DNA of 64,000 nt from the human T2T-CHM13v2.0 reference genome, Homo sapiens, in assembly GCF_009914755.1 (NCBI RefSeq), contig NC_060935.1; one strand, given 5' to 3'. Below are positions 16,341 to 29,330 of this stretch, piece by piece. Both the position numbers and the translations under genes were made by a program. Numbering within the stretch: position 1 is the stretch's first letter; the number at the start of each line of letters is the position of its first letter. The notes under the pieces are model-generated. The model worked only from the letters and a program-made list of their open reading frames with translations, was not told the origin of the DNA and did not search any database.

Positions 16341-17119
16341 CTTGCCTCCTGAGCAACACAAATAGACCCAATTCACATGGCTCTGTACTGGATGTGAGCT
16401 GACAGGGCCACCTGGATGCAGTCAGACACTGTGGCTTCCTACTGAGATTCAGCCTCCTCTAGTTTTAGGAGAACCTCTCTGGGATCATTGAAAAAAAAAA
16501 AGGAACAAGCTTAATGTATATTTCAATCCTTAAGTCATTCAAATGAAATGCATCACTCTTAATCAGAGGTAAGCTCTCTGATGAGGTTTGAAAGCTTAAA
16601 AACCTTTCTGGAATTTGTTAGCAAGCAAGTGAGCATCAAACTATGTGATGAAAATACAAAGAGAACTTGCATCACTGTAATATTACAGGCAAATTGGGAG
16701 AAAACTCCACCCTCATTCGAAGACGCTCAGTGGTCAGCTATTCTCACAGAACCCAGTGAATAATGGCTTGGCCCTTTGTATGAGGCCCAGGAAGAGCCAA
16801 ACTTCATCTAGGCAGTGGGACAGCTGTGCCAGTTTCCCCCTTCCCCATTTAAAGCATCTGTTACTTCTTTACTGCCTAATCAGAGAACTGCTCTCTACTC
16901 TTCTATCACAACAAGCAGTTAAAAAAAAAGAAAAGAGAAAACCAGTACCTTTTTAAGACAAAATCAGGATACAGAGGAAATGGAGGATGATAAATGAATT
17001 GCAGATGGATGATCCAAGAAGCCAGAGTTCCTCTGGAATTAAAGTGAGAGGCAGAGAAAGGAAATCAGGCATCCCTTGTGCATGGCAGTGGATATAATTA
17101 GATGACTTAGGAAAATGCT

Positions 17120-17970
17120 GATGGTGCTTAAATATCTCCACCTGGAGGTTCTACAGATACTTAAAACTGGATATATCAAAAATTGGATGGAACCTCATCA
17201 TTCTTTTAAGTTTTGAGAATCGTAGGATGGTACCATCTTCCGTCCAGTTGGCTGAATTTGAAACCTTGTGTATTCCCCATATTCTACATCCTCCATCACC
17301 CCATACCTCCAGGCCCTCCCATCAAAACTACCCCTGAAAAATCATCCCAACTTGCCTGTTTTTTCTAATTCCTTCTTACCATTTCTCACCTGAATTATTT
17401 CAATGACTCCTAACATGTTTTCCCCTTGCCAGTGTGACCGATGCCCAGTTAGTCCCTGTTGCTGCCTGGCTGATCTTTCTACACTGCAAGACCAATTTAG
17501 CCGCTCTTTTTATTAAATCCTTCAACATCTTCCTTATTTTTTTCAGGACAAGTCCCAGTATATCAGTATTCCCCATAGAGGTTTTTAGGGTCTAGACCTC
17601 GTCTCCTGCCATGCACCTCTGCCTGCACCCCTCATGGGGTAATCTATACTTACAGTTTCCTGACCATGCTGTGCTTCTCTCGTGCCTCTATGTGCTCTTT
17701 GACGATGTCCCTCTGTCCACAGTCACTTGCTCCTCTCCCTCTCCCTTTCCCTGGCTAGGTCCTTCCGCTTCCTGAAGGCTCAGGTGAGACCTCTCATCTT
17801 CTGGAAGAGTGCCTTCAGCCCTCCTGTCTGGGTTAAGTGGCTTCTACTGGGCTCCTCAAGCCCTTGATTAAAAACTACCATGTGCTGTGCTGTGAAATCT
17901 GGGCTAGGACTTTCTGGAAGATATACACTCTGTCTCTCAATTTGAATCCTCAGTACCTGTCATAACTTGG
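17120..17970 (+). mobile_element. LINE-2 fragment (old)
   Basis: atatctccacctggaggttctacagatacttaaaact..gctgatctttct..caggacaagtcc..aaggctcag. Boundaries approximate. Confidence 0.6.
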
Positions 17971-18289
17971 CTATCTGATACCTGTTTCTTAGATTAAAAA
18001 TTTAGTTCTACTCTATTGCTTCAACACTCCTTTGGAATTCTACCAAAACCTTATTGATGCCTTTCCAACCTTGTGTTCTTGAATAATCCAAGACTCAGAA
18101 ATGTGTTTCTCCTCTTTGAATTTCAACAAAGAAATTACATATAAATTACAATTTTTAATTTTTTCAATGAAGTTGAATTTTCAACACATTTGAATTATAT
18201 CTTCAAACAACTCAGGAAAGTGAGGACATAAAAGAAGGCTGAGAGAAGAACAAGAGAAAAAAAACACAAATGTTTACTTTGCAAGTAAT

Positions 18290-18510
18290 TGTTATATGCT
18301 GGGACTAAGCTAAACTCCCTTACGTATTCACATCTAGAAGTGGAATAATTCTCACAGCTATTCTACTGAGATGCGTATCATTACCATTGTTTTATTAAAG
18401 ATGAGACTGAAGTTCAGAAAGGGTAAGAAATTGGTGTAAGACAATATAACAGGTAATTTGCGAGGTCAAGTTTTCTGAAACAAGCCAGCTGGTTGGAGAA
18501 CTCATGGTAA
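18290..18510 (-). mobile_element. MIR SINE
   Basis: aattctcacagc..cattgttttattaaagatgagactgaagttcagaaagggtaagaaattg. Confidence 0.6.
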
Positions 18511-21500
18511 AGGCAAGGCAGTAAGTCATATGGGAGAGAGGAATTCATGGAGAGGTAAAACTAAGACTATTTTTATCTTCGAAACAACAGACCCTGTGGG
18601 ACACTGACATGCAAATGACCCGGGTGTTTCATCCTACATCACAGAGTGTTAGCCTTCTCTGGAGAAGCCTAGTCTTGGGGTCTATTCAGCAAGTCCACTC
18701 GTAAGCTCCGCCTACCCCTCCATGCCTCAGCTGCAGCGCATGCCCCCAGATGGAGCTTCTCTTTCCCTCATCAGCAAGGCTCGTGGTGTTAGAGCCAGTG
18801 AAAGGTGATATGCTCAGTAATCCTATGTGGGACTGAGACTTCATAACCAGCTTCCTAACCAGCCTTGACATTATAGGTGTCGCTCCCTCCTCTCCAACAG
18901 GTCTGTGTTAGCCTGTCATCAACTGTACAGTGTGGTCCTTTGGCCACTTGTAGTTTTAACTGCCTTGATGGTACTCATTCATTTAACAAATGCTATTCAC
19001 GCCATTGATAAATTATCGAATACCGAATGTGTATGATCCTGTAACCCAATGATTTTTGTAGTAATTTATCTGTGCACCATGTCTGCAGCTTATGTTAGCT
19101 GTTGTTAGCTGTTTACATTCCAGCGTTTTATCCCTGCGGAAGAAATGGGGTACAGCGAGAATGCCTCCTAATCATCTCACAATATTTGCTCTGCACTTTG
19201 CAGTAGTTTCCTCATATCTCTGTCATAATACTTGCCATGCTCAACTGTAATTTTTCTTCTTATACAGCAGTTTTTAGATCTTAAATGTGAACTCCTCAAG
19301 TGGAGTTCCTGACTAAATGTGATGCATGAATAATGACTAACTGGGGAAATATAAGGGAAAGAAAAAAGATATCCCAATGATTGGATGAACATATTAAAAG
19401 AAGGTAGCATCACTTCTAATTTGATGTTTGGTTTTCAAAACTGATCATAGGGTTTGGCCTCAACTAGCACTCCCCGTGAATTTTTCTCAAAGTGAATAAT
19501 TAATTCAACAGCAAATTAAATTGTGGGGAAAGAAGGAGGTCAGTTGCCAGTTGAGGTCCCTCCTGTCTGTTTCGTCAGTTGTTTGTTATGTTCATTGCGC
19601 GACTACAATCCTAGTGTTACACCTGCTCATCTGGGTATTTCCACTCCACTCCCAACTCCGCATGCTTTTCCTACTTAATACACCTTGATAGGAAGAGGAA
19701 TGCCCTTAATATATCTCCAGAGGCACTTCTGAATATATAGGATTTTCATAGGGCAAAGATAAAAATGCATCCAATCATTTAGCTGCCATGCTTACGAGTT
19801 ACTAGATAAAGCTTCCCTTGTGGAATAGTGAGATAACAGCAAAGATTTTCATTACCTTGAAGTGGATTGGTAAACAGGTGTGTCCGCTAAAGGCTAGCTG
19901 GAGCAAGCCTGGTGGATGGACTGACAGCTGGGAAAGGATAGATGGTCTAAATAAATAGATGAGTGAGAAACAGTCTCACATTAAGGAGGTGCATGAGTAT
20001 AGAGATGGAAAAAGGGTTAGATAAATGGGAAAATAATATGTGAATGGATAGTTGAGTAGTTAGCCGATGGGAGAATAAATTGGTTCATGGATGATGGATG
20101 GAGCTGAGTGGCTAAATGGAATGAGAGACTGACAGCAGATGGATGGGTAAATGTGGTATGAACAGGAGCAAGAAAGGGTCAGGTGCACATAGGAAGAGGA
20201 TGATGAAAAGGAAGGAAAAAAAGGCAACAAGAAAGGGAGTACTAAAGGTACTGAGATGGCTAGGGGAACTGGAATTTCATTCCCTTGATGAATCATAATT
20301 TTACAATGAGCCAGAGGAAATTGGAAACTCCCAATTATTGATGCCTAGTGTTTACTTGCCATTGCAATTTACAAAGAACATGTGTCTAGTCTATCAACTT
20401 ATCTGTGTTCCATTCCCTGTAGGGGAGACTGAGTCATGAAAGGATTAGACTTTGTCTACGTAGGAAGCCAACAAGAATATAAGACTCACAACTTTAGCTC
20501 AGGGACTTTGCCAGAGAAGCTACATGTGCTGTAAAATTAATGAAATAATTTTACACTTTCTATTCAGTTATCAAATCATAATTAGTCACTGTCCCTAAGC
20601 TTTATTTGAGGACAGCCTTAAGAAATCTCATAGTTGCAAAATAAACCAAATAGCAGCCAAATAATTCTGAACCAGTGTACACTAGGTGGTGTAATTAAAT
20701 TCACCAGTGATACAGATGAGAGAACAAAGGCTAAGAAAGTCACTTACCAGTCTAAGATCTCACACCTAGTTAACGGCAGAACTGGGAAGGCTTAATTGAT
20801 ATACAAATGGCTAATGAGAAACTGAGGTGTAAAAAGAAGTTAGTATCCATTTCTTTAGAAAAGCAGATGGATGTGTGATGGAGAAAGGGGAGCTGGGGTT
20901 TCACTGGAAGAGAAAGGTGTTTTAGAAATGGCAATCAGAGGAAAGGAGCCGCTCCTCTGGGGTTCTTTCTCATACTATTCCACAAGAAGCCTCAGCTGAA
21001 TGAAACCCAACCCAAGTAAAACCTAAGATGCATAAACCTTCATCTAATGGCACACACTTTTAAGAATCAATGTACATCCTCGACCCCATGTCTTCTCATA
21101 CTTACCCTTGTTAACGTGGTGTGTACTTCAAGAAATCAAGCAACAGGAACTTAGGGACTCAAATGCCCAAACTGGGCAGTATCTGGTCACCCCTATTTTT
21201 CTGACACTTCTCTTCTGCTTTCGTTTTCGCCTACACCAACAAACAATTTAGACTTTGAGGCTGCAGCTACATTTTATATTGTTTGTAAACAGCATAGATC
21301 TTTGATATACAAATGTCATACAGACAGTGCTAAGGCTGCTTTCTACAGTGTGTGCGAGAGAGAGAAGGAGGGAGAGAGAGAGGTGGGGGGTGCAGCTCCA
21401 GGCTTTCTGAGTGCATCTACTCTCCAGGGCCAAAAACGCACATATGGGAGAAGCAGAGCTCGCTTCATATTTTTCCCGTCCTGGATATCAATGAGATGTC

Positions 21501-21522
21501 CTAATAAACAGCCCCCCAAAAG

Positions 21523-24500
21523 TTACAAATTTCTCGAACTTTATTGGTACACTGCACAATCACAACCATCTCGTATTCATCCTGAATTAGAAAAGGTTAC
21601 AACTACAATGTAACATGCACAAAATTCAGGTAGTATATTCACCCTTGATACAATTATTGACAGAAATCAAGTCTTCATTGATTTTTTGAAGGAAAAAATA
21701 CGAAAGAAAATAAAAGAAAAAAAGAACTCTAGAAGGCTGACAAAGTCATACTCTTGTATCGTGTGATAAATTTTTAAAGCATTTGAACATAGATTTTTTT
21801 TGAAGGATAATTGTGAGAATGGGCACACCCATTGTCTGACACAGCTATAACGGCACCATTGATAAGTCATAATTTTTTTTTAAATCTAAAGGACTCTGAA
21901 CTTGACAGACACATTTTCGTTCACCCACACAGTCCTCACAACTGCACTTGACATGTCACGAAAATTTCCGAACGATTAAAAATGCTCCCTTTAACTAACA
22001 CAAGGGCAGCTTGCAGTACATAGCATTGTTATTACTGATAGCTTTATAAATCTGCCAAATAACATAGAATGTAGCCTCAAAAGGATGGTCAAGGGTTCGC
22101 AATCTTTCTTTCTCCACCCAGTGGTGTGGAGCAACTCTGTGCCTTAAAGAGGGCACCATGGAAAGAAACAAAAAGGAATCTCTTTCAAAATGCTGGAAAT
22201 TAGGCTTAGCTCACTACTTTCAGGATAAAGACAACTGCATCTAATTAAGTCCACTCCACATTTCTTTGGACTCTAAGTATTCTGCACCTGAAGGCTAAAT
22301 TGAACTGGCTCAGCCCTATCTTTTTTGCCACATCTTTAATTACAAATCTATTTCTTCTTCCTTTCATTTACTTCTCTTCTCTTAAGTAAGAAATGTGGGA
22401 AATGAGACTGGCAGTTTTGTTTGTTTGCATGTGGTGATCATTAGGCGTTCTCATCATATGGTCTCTTTTTGAAAATGTTGCCTTCCTACTTACACACCTG
22501 TGAAGTTTTACTCAAGTGCTCAAACTTATTTGTCTTCAAGTAAAAAGACAGGGAAGCTCTGAATAATAGGAGGGGAGGCAATTGGGTATAAGAGTTTCCA
22601 AGATAAGGTCACGTGCAAAATGAAAACAAAAGATTCTTGCTGTTGGAGAAAAAGAAAATAAATGCATTTTTTCCAAAAAGAAAAACCTTATGCTGCTTCC
22701 CTTAATTCCAAAGGGATTGACAATTTGCTTTTGTGTGTGTGTTGGTCTGTTTCATTTTGGACTGGTTTTAGGTAATGCATAGCCAGTTTTTCTTTCTCAA
22801 GATCAAAGTCAGTATGGAATTGAGGAAAGATGCCCCACCACCAGATCTTACCTCATCTTAAGCCATTCCTCCCCTCCTACCATGGGCTGGCGACAGCCAA
22901 CCAGCACTTGAAAATTCAATGTACAGCCACTCCTGATGCCGCCACAGGGATAAGCTCTCGTCGGGGTTGCCTGCCCACTTTGGGGTTCTCTGCTTTTCTC
23001 ATGGAATAGTTCTTTCAGCATAAATAGAACTTGCTGACTTCTCTTTGTTGAAGGCAAATTGACTGAATTGATGCAGAAAAAGATTCTGAAACCCAGCCTC
23101 AGTTTTGAAGTTGCTAGAGTCCAGGAATAGTCTTCTCACCCAGGTTTTGAGAACAAACTGCCCAATCTGTAAATGTATCATCTAGTAAGAGGCATGGATG
23201 TAAGAAGAAAGAGACTGGGGCCTCTTTGTGACACAACACCTTACCTTTTCTTCTGTTTCGTGGAGCACAGTTGCAGCAGAACAGCCATGCGCAGTGCTCT
23301 GCATAAAGCCTGTACATGTTTTCACAACCACTTCTCTACATCTCCCCCTCCCTGAATTAAAGCAAGAATGAGAAAAACTAAACATGCTTGTTTAGACTTG
23401 CAGTCGACTGTATCAGGCACTTGACATTAAACTACTGAAAAACAAGCTTGGCTGCAGCCTTAACACGAGCACTTTCATTGGCATTACTTTGGTGGAAGTG
23501 CATATGAACTCTGTTTTGGGAAGGGGAAGGGTTTCAGAGTCCCTACATTGCTAATTCCTCTCACCTAATCTCCTAACAGGACTTATTTGGCTTCCTTTTC
23601 ATGTGGAAAACCTGCAAGAGATGTACTTGCTCAGACTTGTATGTTTTGTCCTGCCTTGCCCCCACCCCATGCCCACTACTGGCACCCTGAACAAATCTAG
23701 CCTGTAGGCATTCTCCATGTACTCTCCGTGTGTGAAGTTGGAAAAGTGTGGATATTGTCTTGTGTAAGCATTTGTTGTTCTATATGCTTCAAAATGATGG
23801 GTGACAGCCACTCTCCCATGAAGCCATCCCCACCAAAGAAACACAAAAACACAGAAGCAGAAATATGTCTGTTGTGAAGAAGTCATTTTCACTCCCAGTG
23901 AGTACCCCAGTTGCCTTGGGTTGTATTTACTTTGTTGTCTTTACCCCAGACAGATGAGGATCAACTGTAGCATTTTTCTCCCTCTGAAACGTGGCTGGGA
24001 TAGGTACCCACCAGAGGGGCATCTTAGTATCCTTTGGAAGGGGGAACAGCAGGGTTCCATAGTGGCCCTGAAGCCAGCCTTGTTGGGTTGAGAGGTTCTG
24101 ATGATCTTGGCCAAAGGAGCATGGACCCTTTCCTGTAGAACAAGTCTTGGAGTGAGGAATAGGTCCAGCTTGTCCATTTCAAGCACTGTGTTCTCCAAGA
24201 CTGTCCACTCTTCACAGCCTTCACATTTATTCAACTCCAAAGTAACAAATTTATCATCAGTAGCATGCTCAGATGACACATTTAATTCTCATACACTATC
24301 TGACACCAACTCAACTCCAGATGCTGAAGGTGGTGACAGATCTGAAACGTCTATGTGCGACCTTTAATTCTGATTTTGCGCCTGCTCATGATCATCCCTG
24401 GAACTGGGAATCAATGCACCATTCCTGGCACATCAGTTACGGTTCCCGAATCTGGCTCCTGGCAGCTCACTAGGAAATGCAGATGTCTGTTTACAGCTGG

Positions 24501-26734
24501 AAAATGTAACATTAATTTCACTCACACCAGCTCTACCTCTTAAGACAGTGCTTAGCATTTAGTGTGCCAAGATAGCCTATGTTTGTATGTATGTATATAT
24601 GTATAGATATCTCTGTGTGTGTTTCCCCATGGCAGAGGTCACACTCATGTGCCTTGATGGACAAAAACAAAGAGGACACTGATACCAGAGGAAGAAGACC
24701 AGTTAAGCATTAAGGGCACAGAATTCAATGGTGCTCATATTTTTTATTTTTTAGACTGAGGGCCTGAAAAGGTTTTCCAACTGAGGCAGGGCAGGTCTGC
24801 GATTGATGCTGCATTCTCATCCTCTCTGTGGATCAGTCCCTGCAGCACACCTGTGCGGTCTGCAATGCCTTTATTTTGAATCCCAGGCAACTTTGCTGGA
24901 TGAGTCCTTCTCGTCCCAGGAGACAAGACAGCAAAGGTGGCTCAGCTCTTGTTTGTATGCTGGGTCTGCTTTGAACCTGAAGAGCTGGTGAAGTTCTTCC
25001 CCAAAGCCATTGGAGAAGCAGCTGCATCAGAGGAAACTGTGTCACTGACACTTTCTCCCTTCTGTTTGCAGTGTTGTGTTAATCAAGTGCTTGAAAATTA
25101 AGTCAGTTGCTCAAGTGCCCTCAGCTTAGAAGAGCTTCCTGAAACAAATACCAGAGTTGTCAATACACCCGCCATGTAATTGGCCTCCATCAGCTTTTTA
25201 CTGGATAGTTTTCAAACAGATTAAACCAGAACTGGAGCAGAAAGGAGACTCTAGCTGAAGTCATCCCACTCAGGCGGGTGGACTCTTCACTTTGCATTGC
25301 AGAGACAGATGTGTTTTTCTCTCAAGTTCTTGCTGCTAAGGAAAGCCAGCCATAGGTTCCTGACATGTACTTTCTTGAAGGGTTGAGAGAAGCATAAAGG
25401 CTGGCACCTTTGTCCTTCAAGTGCAAAAGGAAAACCACAGTGCTAATCAAAACTTTTCTAGGCTGATCTGCTTCCCAAGAAAGTGTTTTAGAAAACACAG
25501 GCTCTTCTGGGAATAGTGAGTGACTGATCATTAGCTTGCTACTTTGGCCTATCTGTTAGTGTCTCCCTTGGGTGGATAGGATACCAGATTTTAAAGAGTC
25601 CACAACACAGGGTATTGCTTTTGTATTTTGTTAACCTGTGAGATCGTTGGCTTTCACAGAAGTTGAAAGATAATTTTGAAGATGCCAATGTCTGCTGATG
25701 GTGTATAAATGAATACAGTGGGAGAGATACAATATGGTTAGAGATTCATATGGGGATGAATTGATAGTGAGTAGTAGGGAGAGAATAGAAAGGAGTGTTA
25801 GACAATTACATTGATAGATTGATAAACAGTAAATAGATTGCTAGAGAGGAAGACAGGTGGGTAGATAATTGGATGGTGAGATAAATCAGATATTTGAGTA
25901 GATGGGTAACTGTACCATTACTTTGATAGATAGCTTGACAAAACCTAAATAAATCAGCCACCTATCAATCACGTTTATGAGTTGAACTTCTCTTTTTAAA
26001 ATAGAGGTTCTATCTTCAAAATGCCTCCCCCTTTTTTGGTCACTTGACTTGCAAAATTTAGTGTTGGGTTTCATGCATAGCCCCAAACTTCAAATCTCTG
26101 CAGATGGTGGAAGGAATGAGTAGAGCGGAGGGGCTACAGAAGATGGCACAATCATCTATATTGAAATCTATAGATATGGATATAGTAGGATAGTGTCCCA
26201 GAAAGAAAAGACGTGAACCCTAATGGAATTAGATAATAATTAACATGGATGGGGGCATATGTACATTGTCATTAAGAAAATAATCACAGATAATAGGACA
26301 CTTGGATGTAGCTCTTGCTGTGCACTATGTTATAAGTCAAGTTGTGTCTTCAGGGTGTTTATTGTGAGGCTCAATTTTTGCCCAAATGAAACTTACGTTT
26401 TGTTGTGTATGGCAGAGGATGTTGTTGGGAATGATGATGAGGAGAGAAGCAGAGGAAAGGGAAGGGTCAAGGTAGCAGGAGCAGACCCCATTTTTGGACA
26501 CACCAATGAATGATTATCCTACACGTGGTAGAACCCTGCCCACCCCGCCCCCAACCCCACTCATTCAAGCTGGAAATAAAAGCAAACAAACAAATAAACA
26601 AAAACAAAAAGAAAACAAATCTAGAATAACAGAAAAAAACAAAAAGAAGCCCAAGCTGGTTTGCTCTCCGCAGTGTAGATTAAAGTCTGTGATATGGAGA
26701 AGCAGGCGTTGCTCAGAGGACCTAGGATTTCTTA
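21523..26734 (-). other. OPCML: OPCML long 3' UTR (~5.2 kb)
   Basis: Continuous, nearly transposon-free, U-rich (mRNA sense) sequence from the stop codon to a canonical poly(A) signal. Cleavage site estimated ~20 nt past the hexamer. Confidence 0.8.
21540..21545 (-). terminator. Distal polyadenylation signal AATAAA of OPCML
   Basis: The minus strand reads gtgtaccAATAAAgttcgagaaatttgtaacttttggggggctgttt. Several upstream UGUA (CFIm) motifs lie at 21547-21652, with a U/GU-rich element downstream. Confidence 0.8.
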
Positions 26735-26835
26735 TCAAAACTTGATGAAGAAGTGGGCTAAGAGGGTCCCTGATAGCCAGAGACAAGCCAGTGCTCTGGA
26801 GGCCGAGTTTACACCATCAATGACTGCTCCAGGCC
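26735..26835 (-). CDS. OPCML: OPCML terminal coding exon, GPI-anchor signal
   Basis: Branch-like tgctaat, then tctctctctcccctacacag|GGCCT. Encodes (G)PGAVIDGVNSASRALACLWLSGTLLAHFFIKF, then TGA immediately followed by TAA. Small-residue omega region (NSA) precedes a hydrophobic tail. Confidence 0.97.
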
Positions 26836-29109
26836 CTGTGTAGGGGAGAGAGAGACAGACCCATTAGCATACACCCAAGGACACCATAGTTCTTCCCTGA
26901 CAAGCAAATACACATACATGCTTCCCACCTTCCACCCTTCCGCTGACCATTCCAAGTCTAAACAAAGGAAAAAGCCCATTGGGAGTATTTAGGAACTCAA
27001 AGGGGCAAGCTGTTGGGATGCCTTGACCAATGCAGCCTGCTCTGAAAGACTATGCTTAAAAAGTAAATAGGTGAAGCTCAGGCTAGTCATTGAGGCCCGT
27101 GGGCCCAAAGGTTAAGGCAACACATGGAAAGGCAGACCTGCTGGCTGTTTTCTAATCAGTGCCTCTAACTGTGTGCTATACTTGGAGAGTGTCCAGTACA
27201 GACAATGATGAGTCGGGGGGCACAAGGCCAGAGAGGCAAGGAGCAGGTGGTGGGGTAGGAAGGGGAGACGGATGGAGACATAAGTCCAAGTGTTGATGTA
27301 GCAGACTTGTCAACCTCAATGAATGCAACCTAGGTGTTGTGGAGGCTCCTCCTGCAGCAGCTAAGGAAGGAGGAACAATCATCCCCATGGGTTTTAAAGG
27401 CTGGAATTAGGCTTGTCCCAGCAGTCAGTGCTGCCTCCCTAAAGGCCTTGAAGCAGATCAACATGCCCAAAACAGACTGCCCCTGAAGATTCCACCCAAG
27501 GGGCTCTCCCTTGATTTTTTTCTAGCTTCTCTCTCTCTCTCTCTGGCCCCTTCCTGTATCCCCAATAAATCATTCAAGGTCCACCGGGAAATAAGTCCAC
27601 AGTATCATGAGTGCTGTTCTTTTCCCCTCACCTTCCATGGCTCAAGAAGACAAATCACATGAATTGGTATTATCCTAGCCTACTTCAAGGGCAGGTGTAT
27701 CTAACTTGGACCAGGTGTTCCTCCATCACCTTTATCAGCAAGCACATAGGGTGGTACGCAAGACTAGGAGCCAGCAGCAAGTGTATCCCAGAAAAAGCAA
27801 AATCTATTATTACCAAGGGATTAAAAGCCATTACGAGGCATTTCTATAAAACTAGTGAAGAAGCAAAGGAGATTCAAAGGAGACAGTACACCTCTTCTAC
27901 CATCTCAAGCCAGGACTTCACAGCTTCTTTGAGAAGCAAATTGGCCTACTGGAAATAAGCTGAGGTGCAGCAGAACCTCTTTAGACAGGACTAGTTCATT
28001 TGGCTTGCCTGTCAACCTTATGGTGAGGATTCATGCCTTGCCCAGGAGGGACTGATGGGAACATTTTACTTTGGGAAAGTCACGTCTCTCACTTCAGCAA
28101 TGAGTATACAACTGTTCCTCTCCACTAATCTTAACATGAATACCTTTTCTTTCTACTTAAAATATACATGCTTTTATGGACTAAAAGTCATATTTACTTG
28201 ATAGCTTGAAGTCTGACTCATATTAGCCTGCATTTTTGTCAGAGAATATTCACAAAAAAGGGCGGAATCCAGGTTGTAGCGACATGTTAATGTCCCAGAG
28301 GAGGCTCCATAGATATTGATGGAAAGTAGCCTGACTGTGGGGCCTCCAGCAGTCCTGGCACACATCCTGAGAAATCATACTGGCCTGCAGAATGCACTGA
28401 GCTAGAAATGCTCAGGTTGAAGCTCAAGGTAATTCTCTACATATTGTCTTTGAAAGATGAGTGATTTAGGTTTTTAAATAAGTTTATTTACATTTTTAAA
28501 TAAAAATATGTACATAAAGCTACTTTTAAAGAAACATATGGGCAGATTCATAAGGCCCATATGTTTCTTTAAAATTATCTTTTTGTATATATTTTTCTTA
28601 AAAAGTATTTTCATGACATATATGGCATATATACTAGACTAGTTTTGTATGTGTATATGTATATACGTATATATATATGTCTTTGTCTAATTATTATTTT
28701 GAGCTTAAGAAACAATTGAAGCCCTGATATGCTCCACTCTAGACAGAACTCTTGAGTATAGGAGTCATTCTATCCCAAGTTCTACCAGTGAACTGAAACA
28801 TTCCTGTGGATACCATGCCATCGGCCCAAGGTTGAATATAGCTAAAGCAAAGAGGAGTGGGGCAATATACACAGAAAACAGACCATGGAAGAGTGGGGCT
28901 CAGAGAGAGAAGGAGGCAGAATAGTAAAAGGAAATGAGTGTTTCTGGTGGTGAGCAGCAGTTGCCATCGGATGCTTGGTGCTTACTGGGTGGAGGTTTAC
29001 AGTCATATTCAGCTTCTGTTGAGCATTCTCAAGAGTGGAAATGAAAGGGAGACTTAGCAGGTATGTAGGCTGCTCAGCCTGCTTAGGGCAATGATGACAA
29101 CACACGTTC

Positions 29110-29330
29110 ACACTGTGCTCTCCACGTGGCAAGCACGATTCTAAATGCTAAACATATAATCAGTCATTTAATCATCACATCAACCCTATGAGCTATGTGC
29201 TACTGTCATTCCCACTTTGTAAACAGGAAAACTGGGAACAGAGCAGTTAGACATCTTAGCTATGGCCACGCAACTTATGCACCTTGAGCTGGATTAGAAC
29301 CAAGTCACTGTCCTCAGAATCTATGCCCTT
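29110..29330 (-). mobile_element. MIR SINE
   Basis: tcatttaatcatcacatcaaccctatgag..cccactttgtaaacaggaaaactgggaacagagcagttaga. Confidence 0.7.

Noticed and set aside
24008-24024. CTCF-like sequences (also ~50718-50731, 55094-55106, 61809-61822)
   Set aside because: Each misses core positions or spacing of CCASYAGRKGGCRS and cannot be called from sequence alone.
21523-26734. Single 7-mer seed matches for miR-9 (~23488), miR-128 (~25436) and miR-137 (~25613) in the 3' UTR
   Set aside because: Any given 7-mer has roughly a 0.3 chance expectation in 5 kb, so these are uninformative without conservation data.
26732-26737. Stop-codon read-through at OPCML TGA
   Set aside because: TGA is immediately followed by in-frame TAA and lacks the CTAG read-through context.
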